Source: Octopus vulgaris (taxonomy: Eukaryota). Taken from it: DNA of 64,000 bases. Location: NCBI GenBank assembly GCA_951406725.2, contig OX597823.1, forward strand, positions 11,098,001 through 11,162,000. Reading direction: 5' to 3'. The position numbers were made by a program, and so were the translations under genes. The notes under the pieces are model-generated. The model searched no databases. It was not told where the DNA came from and worked only from the letters and a program-made list of their open reading frames with translations. Positions 54,806 to 64,000 of this stretch are shown here, piece after piece (the stretch's first letter is position 1; each line of letters opens with the position of its first letter).

Positions 54806-55700
54806 TTCATCATCATCATCTTTTGACATCTGTTCTCCATGCTGGCATGGGTTGGATGGTTTGACAGGAGCTGGCCAGCTGGAGAGCTGCTCAGACTCCA
54901 GTTGTCTGTTTTGGTATAATTTCTATGGTTGGATGCTCATCCTAATGTCAACCACTTTACAAATTGTACTGGGTGCTTTCATGTGGCACTGACACAGGTG
55001 CCTTTGTGTGGCACTGGCTTGGGTGCTTTTACGACACTGGCATGGGCACTTTTATATGGCACCAATGCACTGATTGCCCTTGCATGGCACCAGCACCCAC
55101 ATACCTGCAAGACTAGGATTTCTCAGCTGAGAGAGAGTGATATAGAAGACATGCCTGTATGCATGGACAGTCTTGATTTTATTTAGTTTTACATGTCTTC
55201 TCATGCACAGAAAACCACCAGAAGTCTCAATTCATTGTCATCTCTTATGTGAGGCCCAACATCTGAAGATCCGTTGTCACCACTTTGTCCCACATCTTCC
55301 TGGGCCTACCCCTTCCACATGTTCCCTCCACAGCTAGAAATTGGCACTTCTTGATGCAGCTGTCCTCATTCATATGCATCACATGACCATACCAGCACAG
55401 TGTTCTCTTTTGTACCCCTTCATCTGATGCCTCATATTCCCAACTTTTCTCTTAAATCACTTACACTGTCGTACATGCACACTGATATTTCCCATCCAAC
55501 AGAGCATGCTGGCTTCATTTCTTACAAGCCTTTGCACATCCTCAGTAGTCATAACTCTTGTCTCACTGCCATGTAGCATAGCTGCTTGTACACAGGCTTC
55601 ATACAATCTGCCTTTCACTTTGAGGGAGAAGTCCTTTGTTACCAACAAAGATAGCAGCTCTCTGAAGTTTGCTCAGCCTGTTTTTATTCTAGCAGCTATG
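54806..55700 (-). mobile_element. RTE-clade LINE 3' fragment: ORF end contiguous with a family C 3'UTR
   Basis: Translation KDFSLKVKGRLYEACVQAAMLHGSET...RNEASMLCWM, later GRPRKMWD, followed by family C sequence and (GAT)n. Confidence 0.85.
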
Positions 55701-55851
55701 CTTTATGTGAAATATGTATCATCCACTCCTTATAGATTTAAAATTCAGTTAACTTTTACATAACATATTCAAAACAAAGTCATTTTATTGAATACGTTTG
55801 GTGTCAAAATAATGATTTTAAATAATGTTAAAAGAATTATTGATAATGCTT

Positions 55852-56004
55852 ATCATCATCATTATCATCATCATCGTTTAACGTCCGCTTTCCATGCTAG
55901 CATGGGTTGGACGATTTGACTGAGGACTGGAGAACCAGATAGCTGCACCAGGCTCCAATCTGATCTGGCAAAGTTTCAACAACTGGATGCCCTTCCTAAT
56001 GCCG
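55852..56004 (-). mobile_element. Family C short copy
   Basis: CATCGTTTAACGTCCGCTTTCCATGCTAGC...GGATGCCCTTCCTAA. Confidence 0.85.
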
Positions 56005-56352
56005 TAGACAATAATTTTCCATATTCTCTCATGGTCATAGTTTTCTGAATGAACCCTAGTATTGGTTTGTTACTTAATTATTGTTTCTGGAGGAATGAAC
56101 AGTAAAGTCAGTTTGGTTAGATTTGAAAGTGGGAAGTGAGGTAACAATTGCTGCTAGGCTGGTTAATCTGGCAATTTAGTCTGCCAGTTCACCACCTTCA
56201 AAACGAAAAATAATTCAAACCTAAAAAAGTAAAAATAAAATGAAAATAAATTGAGCAAGTTAACTTTTTTACATGATTACTGGATTAAGGTCACAGTGGT
56301 TTGTTCTCACAATAATTCCTGACACTGCTTGATGCTAATATATTTCATTATA

Positions 56353-56586
56353 GGGTGGCGAGCAGGCAGAATTGTTAGCACGCAGGGCAAAATGCTTAGT
56401 GGTATTTTGTGTGCCATTACGTTTTGAGTTCAAATTCCACCGAGGTCAACTTTGCCTTTCATCCTTTCGGGGTTGATTAAATAAGTACCAATTACTCACT
56501 GGGATCGATGTAATCAACTTAATCCCTTTGTCTGTCCTTGTTCATCTCCCCTATTTTTAGCCCCCTGTGGGCAGTAAAGAAATAAA
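56353..56586 (+). mobile_element. Family B SINE, full length
   Basis: Collinear with 3614-3853, including the 3' TTAGCCCCCTGTGGG-AGTAAAGAAATA. Confidence 0.88.
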
Positions 56587-58328
56587 TATGCTCCATTTAA
56601 ATAGGTACATGACTAAGATTGTGGGGTAAGAAGATAGTCAATCGAATTATTAAATTGATATCAATGTATGACTGGTGTAATACATTATAATGAGTCAAAT
56701 ATTTTCAAAAGAATAATGTCAAACACAATCAGGATCTAAAATTAGAAAGAGGAACAAAAATATATACCATGGGAGATTTAGTATAGCATTCTGCAATTTC
56801 TTTTTCATTTACATGAATAATTATTGCAATTTCAGATTGTTAAAATATGAATGACTTGACTGTTAAAAGTCTAAAACCACTGAAGATTAATCTAACAGGG
56901 AAACCTCTACTTAGTTGCTAAATCTACTTGAAAAAGCAGTCAGATCTCCCGCAAATCACATCTTATCTTAGAAAACAAAACAAGACAATATGAGCCTAGA
57001 TAGACTGTGTCTGAGAACAAAAGGTTGGGATAGGATGGTCATGGCCGGAATACCTTTGGTTGTAGGTCTGCTTAAACAAGGAAAGCAACAACAATTTACG
57101 ATATTCTCATATTCCGGTTCTAACTACAGGACTGTGTCCCTACTGGTTCACAACCATTAAATGTTAAAACGCTGGGTGAAATACTTTCATATTTTTGTAC
57201 ATTTTTTTTTAATTTCCTAAATTTGATAATGACTCAGTGTATTGAAATATTTACTTAAAGAGCCAGACTTATCAATTAATGGGACTCCATTTCCATAAAA
57301 TAAAATTGTTTTTAGCTATATGTCCTAAATTTCTCTGTGTAATGTAAATAGTATGATAGCCATCTATGATCAATAAAATCTCTACTCAAAACACACTGTC
57401 TGCTTGATTGGATTACATGATCAAATCTATGGTGATCATAACACCAACAAATATTCAATATCAACACTGACTCATGCTACTGCTGCTTGCTATGCTGATT
57501 CCATTTTCTCCTGATGTTCAATGTTTTTATTTATTTATTTATTTACTTTTTTAAAGTATTGGGTTGATAATATGAGATCCATTACTTCCTATTCATATGT
57601 GATGGCTGGTAAACACTATATCAACCCTTATATTAATCTTTTGGGCTGTTAAAGAGTTTGTATGTTAATTGGATGTTCAACCCGGCAGAGTAAATCCCCA
57701 TCTCTTATGAACAGAAGGATGATAATGAAAAGGGAAGCAAAACAAGCAAAAACAAAAAAAAAAAAACTACTGAATACAACAAGTACAACAGACCTATCAA
57801 TCTACAATGCTAAACTATAAGTGAAGTTTTTCTCAAATATTTGTCTAGTAATTCAAATAGAATCTATTGATTAGGAATTCTCTACAACAGAAATCATTGG
57901 TTCTAATAAGATATTCTATAAGAAGAATGATATCCTGAAGAGAAATTTGTTTCATCATTATATACTACAAACAATGTCTTCTAAAATAAGTAAAGGTTTT
58001 GTTTTTGCATTAAACATTAGCCATGAGCCAGAAATAGCAGAGACCAAAAATAGTTTATATAAATCCATAATTACAGCCAACTTATGCAAATGCAAGTTTT
58101 TATGTGCAAATTTAATGTCTATTTTCTTTCCAAAGGATTCTCAATCATTTGTTAGTGATAATCTATGAAACCACATTCATTTGTAACCTTCTCTTAAATA
58201 ACCCATCTCTCTCTCTCTCTCTCTCCATCTCCTTGGATATACACACCAACATGTATACATACATGCATGTATGCATTCAGACAGACATGCATGCATATAC
58301 ACACATACATATCTATCTACATGTGTTG

Positions 58329-58367
<39 letters not shown>

Positions 58368-58479
58368 ACATCTATATATATGCAATATGTATGTTGGTGA
58401 AATAAACATCAGAGATGCTTTGCTCCATGCAGAAATTGCAGGAGTTACTTGGTGACCCTGCAAGCTCTCCTAGCAGTGG

Positions 58480-59250
58480 CTAAAACTATTGCATTGTAGG
58501 AATCTCTTCTTTGTAATCTGGAGGTGTATGAGTCTTACAAGCTTTTTAACCCTTAGCCTATACACTTCACTTGTGTAGTGCAGCAAAGACTGAAGTTAGC
58601 TTCACTTGTGGAAGGGTTCTATCTGTAGTCTCTTGTCAACTATAGCTAACTTGAACTAGTTTCAGCTGTCATACCTATATTTATGGTATAACTTTCAGTC
58701 CTTTGGTTTCTAAATGAATCTTCTGCAGGAAATAGACATTGCCATATGGCAATATCTGTAAGGACCTTGTCAGGATCCTACTGGTCTCAGTCTTCCTCTA
58801 ATGTCCTAGAACATCCAGTTGAAATGTGGTTCAGGATACAAAGAGTTTCTCCACATTTGTTTGCAGGATGGGTCTTCTTCATTGCCCCATATTTTAAGGT
58901 TATTTAGAGTTGGCAAGAGGACATTTTCCTTGGTCAATACTCCAGTTTCCTCCAGGACAATAGGTGATCAAGTACCTGGCTCAATGGGTGCTTGAATGAC
59001 TCAGACTACTCCAACAATCTCCTTGTATCTCCAGTATGTTTCCCTTCTTTCACATGTGTGCTACACTTTATGGTCTTGTTGGCATATCCAATTTCCTCAT
59101 CCTTCAGATAGTAGTAATGTGCTGACTGCTCTTATCTTGGTGGCTTTGAATTCTTCCACTACTGATGAAATTGGTTAGTAGAGCTTGAAGGTTTTGCTGT
59201 ATAGTTTTGACTGAGCTGAAATTTGGGGAAATGTCCAGCCACCTTCTTTA
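58480..59250 (-). pseudogene. HERO-clade (restriction-like endonuclease) non-LTR retrotransposon remnant
   Basis: Frame-shifted patches in the HERO order: WLDISPNFSS; LYSKTFKL-PISSVVEEFKATKIR; YKEIVG; NLKIWGNEEDPSCK-CGETLCILNHISTGC...DKVLTDIA (CCHC knuckle). Confidence 0.75.
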
Positions 59251-60479
59251 TTTACTACCCAAACTCTCCATTGTCTACATCCCAATCACGGCTAAGACAT
59301 ATATCAAGAATATGCGATACTGGATCATTGAAAAATTAAAATTTTCTTTCCTTTTAACATAAACCTTTCATTTGTTATGGTTAATCTCTATTCTGTCTCT
59401 TAGAATGGATTGTATTTTATCTTCATGGAGATTATGTGTTCTTGCTTAAGACAACCACTACATCAGAGAATGAAACTGATGTCTCTTTTCATCTCAGAGT
59501 ATAATTTAAGTACTATCCTATTGAATGACTAAAATGTTGAAGTATTTTGTTGAAGTGTTTTACTGTTTAGCCCTAAATATATCATTGATCCAGGAGATCT
59601 ACAAGCATAACCATCCTAGTAATGGCCATCCCAATTTCTTTTAGATACAGCATATCTAAGACTACATTATACATAATATCTTCCCTTCTTTAAAATAAAG
59701 GGATGTGATCTGTTGGTCATTTAGCTGCTGTTCTCTTGCTGGTGAAGTTTTTCTGTGGGCTTTTGATTTTGATGGAGATGCTGAATTTAGAAAAAAAAAG
59801 ATTTTCTCCACATCATAATGTGATAAGTTCTTTAATTTGGAGCTCTAGTTAAATATAAACATTCTTGGGGTGTACCTGTTTACCAAATGTATTGGTGCAT
59901 GTTTGTATTAGAACTGAAACAACTGTACCACTCTACTATTAGCAGTGTCAGTGGCCAGTTTGTACATGTGTTGCAAAAGACTTTGATAATAATATATTAA
60001 TGTTACAGAATACTAATAAAATAAAAGTGATGATGTGCTTGTGATTTTAACGACTACATTGACTTCACTACAATGTATTTGTAAATGCAAATTCTTAAGG
60101 AGATATTAACATTAATCTGTAGTCAAGTTAGAAAGTAGGGTGACCATAGCTGATGAGCTAGAAAATGGTTAAATGATTTAGAACATATGGAATTAATTAT
60201 TAGGTATTATAATTATAAGATATAGGTATTATAATTATAAGATTAGTAAATGCTTTGCAGTATTTATTCCAACTATTCTGAGTTTAAATATGACTGAGGA
60301 TAACTTTGCCATTCAACTTTTCTGGTTTGATAAGTATTGGAGTTGATGTAATCAGCTAACCCCTTCCATTTGAACCTTGTAGGCCTTGTGTTTAAATTGG
60401 AAACAAAAGATATCTGTACTCTCACCTTCATTGCACTTGGTATTTTTTATTCTTTTTAATAAGATAATCAGAGTAGGAA

Positions 60480-61640
60480 AGGCCATGCAGCTGCTTCACA
60501 TATCATTTGGATTGATGCGGTTAATGTTCATTTCAACATATATAAGTTGGTGTTTGAAAGAAAAATGTGTAGGAAGGGAATTTCAGAAGATTGCTGTTCA
60601 AGGGAGGAAGGATTGGGTAAAATGTGTAGTACTGTGTTTAGGACATGAAACTCAAAAAATAAGAGGGTTGACTGGAGGAGAAAAGATAGTGGAGTTAGTT
60701 CTCCTGAGTGAAGAAGGCATGTCCTTAGTTTATTCAAATAAGCAGAAACTATATGAATAATGAACTAAGAGGCGCAGAAGTGGCTGTGTGGTAAGTAGCT
60801 TGCTTACCAACCACATGGTTCTGTGTTCAGTCCCACTGTGTGGCACCTTGGGCAAGTGTCTTCTACTATAGCCTCTGGCCAACCAAAGCCTTGTGAGTGG
60901 ATTTGGTAGACGGAAACTGAAAGAAGCCCGTCACATATATGTATATATATATATGTGCGTGTGTGTTTGTGTGTCTGTGTTTGTCACCCTAGCATTGCTT
61001 GACAACCGATGCTGGTGTGTTTATGTCCCCATCACTTAGCTGTTCGGCCAAAGAGACCGATAGAATAAGTACTGGGCTTACAAAGAATAAGTCCCAGGGT
61101 CGAGTTGCTCAACTAAAGGCGGTGCTCCAGCATGGCCGCAGTCAAATGACTGAAACAAGTAAAAGAGTAAAAGAGAGAGTAAGACACAATAAGCACAGAA
61201 CACTGATTCACAGAATCTGCCTGTGAACCAGTGGTTGATGCTGTTTGGTGTTGGAATTTTGCCAATCTATCAGTTGTGCTTCTTCTAGATGTAGTCTGAG
61301 AGTCTGTGTGTACAACAGTATCAGCTGCAGAATCCCATGGATACGAATAATACTCCACTATGAATCTTACTTGAGTTTTATGCAACATGTCTTTTTTATC
61401 AAGTCATTATAAATCAGCTCTCGAATACAACAATGGCTGAATGGTTCTTGGGTCCCTGTCAGAGAGATTGAACATGTAAATTAAAGATTTATACATTGTA
61501 TCATGCTGATTCAGTATGAGAATAGCATAGCATAAAGAGTTGCTTGCATGCTAATTCAGGTAATTCGGTTGTTTCAACAGCTGAATTCTTGTAATCAAAA
61601 CTGACAGGGATACACTCTTTTTACAAATCAGCTCACTAAA
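60480..61640 (-). pseudogene. CR1/Jockey-group LINE RT C-terminal remnant, split by a SINE
   Basis: LHKTQVRFIVEYYSYPWDSA lies upstream of the SINE; TTHFTQSFLP*TAIF*NSLP...NINR lies downstream. Confidence 0.65.
60771..61179 (+). mobile_element. SINE family A, full length, nested in a LINE remnant
   Basis: Complete head-to-tail match to family A; possible short TSD TAAGA. Confidence 0.9.
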
Positions 61641-62379
61641 CACATTGTACTTTAATATAACAGGATGTTTATTATATATTAGTTACTGCTAAAAACCTTT
61701 TCACTTGGAGTCAATACGGGAGCCTCTGCTTGATTGCTATATTTACCAGAAACAACATCCAAACTTCCTCCAAATCATGCTTTACAATCTTAAAACTGGG
61801 AGGAAACATCAAGCAAACAGTTGTAGCATGCCAGTTTCAGCCATTTTGAAATATGACTATAGCGATTTCTAATATCTTCACTGTGTGAAAGGCAAGGCAG
61901 AAATGATCTCGTTTGAGGTTACAACCATCTTTGGCCAACTTGTTCTTGTTCTAAACACTAACTTGATTGGTCGACAGGTGATACGAGTGGTCTCTATGTA
62001 TTTCGCACCACTGGTTGACATGTGACACGAGGGTCTCTAGTCTTAGATACACTATTCCTAGAAAACAAAGCTGGGATGGTTATGACTTGAATACTCTTGA
62101 TCATGAGCCTTCTGAATCAGTGCTGACTTCTGTAAATATTTTTTAACAGTGCTTTTTTTCTCTTCTTGCCAGGTGCTTCTCTAGCTATATATTTCTTTTA
62201 ATTTAACTGGTTATGCTAACTTCTACACAGCAATATTTTTCTGTTGTTTAGTCCCAGATCAGTCCTTATCAAACAGGTTATTGATGAAAGACAAAACAGT
62301 CGTGATTGTCCTGCCATTTTGTATATTGGGGACTACATTGCCCACTGCATCTTCCCTTTTTTAATACACTTGTGGGGCA

Positions 62380-63815
62380 AGTCTTGACAGAGCCTCAATT
62401 CTGCTGAGAAAGACAAGTCTTCACAAGTACAGCATATTACTATCCATCTTGGTTTCTCATCATCCTTTCTGAGAGACATCTTGAGGTCAGTCTTCACCGC
62501 TTCATCCCACATTTTCCTAGGTCTTCCTCTTCCACAGGCTCCTCATCTATCTGCATCACATGACCATACCAGCACAGTCTTCTCTCCTGTGCACATATGA
62601 TGCCTCTTATGGCCAATTTCTCTCTCAGCACATTCGTTCATTGTTGTACATGCTCACTGATGTTGCACATCCATTGGAGCATACATGTTTCATTTCTCTC
62701 TAGTCTCCACATATCCTCTGCATTACAGCCCATGCTTCACAACCATGTAGCATTGCTGGTCATGCAGAGGCATTATATATCTTCCTTTCACTCTGAGAAA
62801 GAGACCTTTTGTTATCAACAGAAGTAAAAGCTCTTTGAAGTTTCTCCAGCCAGTTCTTATTCTAGCAACTATACTTTCATAGCATCTTTCTCCACTGATG
62901 TCTTGCAAACAACTTGCACATGCAAGTGCTACCAGTTAAAAGCTCCATATATCAGAAGCTAGCAAGTGTATTGGGTCATCAGGAGAGAATGCGCGCTGTT
63001 TCGGGGCCTACCTCTCGACGGTATCAATGTGCACCGGCCCCCCCTCACTGATATGAAGCCCCGCTTGCTAGATCAGCTGGTTATGAAGAACTCAATATAC
63101 TTCTAGCCATCGCTCATCGTCTCTTTTTAACCAAATCCAGTGGCTAGCCTTCTCCACTGTAGATTGGATATCAGTCATGGGTCACTTAGATAACATAATC
63201 TATCTACTAGTACTACCCAAACCTCCTGGACATTCCAGAATATCTATTTCTTGTGTGCTCTTATTATTTATTATTCCTGCTCAACTGCCGCAAACAGATT
63301 CTACTTTCCTGTGATTCCCCTGCACCTCCTATATGCCCATAGTTATTAGATTACTGAGTGAACATACAGAACAAAGCCATTTACTCAAAGGGGTTAGTAT
63401 CCTGTATGTTTTTCTGGTAACTAGAACTGTGGTTTAAGTTAACTTTAAGACCCTTTGATTCCAGGTTTTGCTTCTACACCAGGAATTCCATTTCTTATTC
63501 TACTACTGTTTCAGCTATAAGAACAAGGTCATTGGCACTGAGGGCTTCCCATGGGCAACTAGTCTTAAGTTCCTCTATTATGTCCTGAAGGACTGATAAA
63601 CAGGAGGGGACTGATAACTGAGCACTGACGATCTCCTATCTTCATACTAAATTCATCATTGTATTCATTGTTAACTCTCACTTTGCTGGCAGCATCCTTG
63701 TACATGGCTTGCATAGCAGTTACTAGTCATTCATCTACTTCTGGCTTCCATAGTAACCACCAGATGTGGGAGTGAGGCACCCCGTCAAAGGCTTTCTCCT
63801 GGTCAATGAATGTTT
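62380..63815 (-). pseudogene. RTE-clade LINE reverse-transcriptase remnant, interrupted by a 252-bp insert
   Basis: FIDQEKAFDGVP...AMYKDAASKVRV...SPLLF...CPWEALSANDLVLIAE...GLKVN...VDRLCYLSD | ISGERCYESIVARIRTGW; many stops and frameshifts. Confidence 0.85.
62898..63149. mobile_element. Unclassified 252-bp CpG-rich insertion with 10-bp TSD
   Basis: TTCTCCACTG at 62888-62897 and 63150-63159; the RTE homology resumes across the insert. Confidence 0.65.
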
Positions 63816-64000
63816 AAATACATTGGTTTGCTTTTTTATGAAGTTATTTTATGATATAAACAAACAAAAACAGTTCTATTTTTTTTCATGTGATTGCACA
63901 TTTATGCAGGGAAATATGATAGAATATTTATTTGGAAACTGAAATTATGCACAATTCTTCACTTTAGAGTTTAAAAAATAATACATTATATAATGAAATT

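Noticed and set aside
61908-61938. Decayed hammerhead-like CCAAAGA-TGGTTGTAACC-TCAAAC on the minus strand
   Set aside because: Core positions are mutated and there is no stem I; cannot be distinguished from chance.
62975-63005. Minus-strand CGAAAC...CTGATGA as a type II hammerhead
   Set aside because: The 16 nt between the motifs cannot form stems III and I, and the would-be stem II strands do not pair.

Overview
AT-rich eukaryotic genomic DNA dense in microsatellites, almost certainly from a coleoid cephalopod (Octopus-like). This assignment is inferred from the interspersed repeat families, not from any search. No intact protein-coding gene is evident: most entries in the ORF track are translations of (TA)n/(CA)n/(CAT)n tracts or of repeats. 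The window looks intronic or intergenic. It holds several tRNA-headed SINE families, 3' fragments of RTE-, CR1/Jockey- and HERO-type LINEs, two non-autonomous Helitrons, three TTAA-flanked piggyBac-type MITEs, and decayed Tigger and hAT transposase remnants. Minisatellites and long palindromes also occur. The most interesting signals are: minimal type I hammerhead-ribozyme motifs on small elements embedded in TA-rich microsatellites (6112-6161, 17112-17146, 39926-39960); inverted duplications at (TA)n insertion sites; and a TSD-flanked, CpG-rich 252-bp insert with a strand-specific pseudoknot-like fold (62898-63149). A few isolated exon-like segments are reported at low confidence. Boundaries of diverged repeats are approximate.
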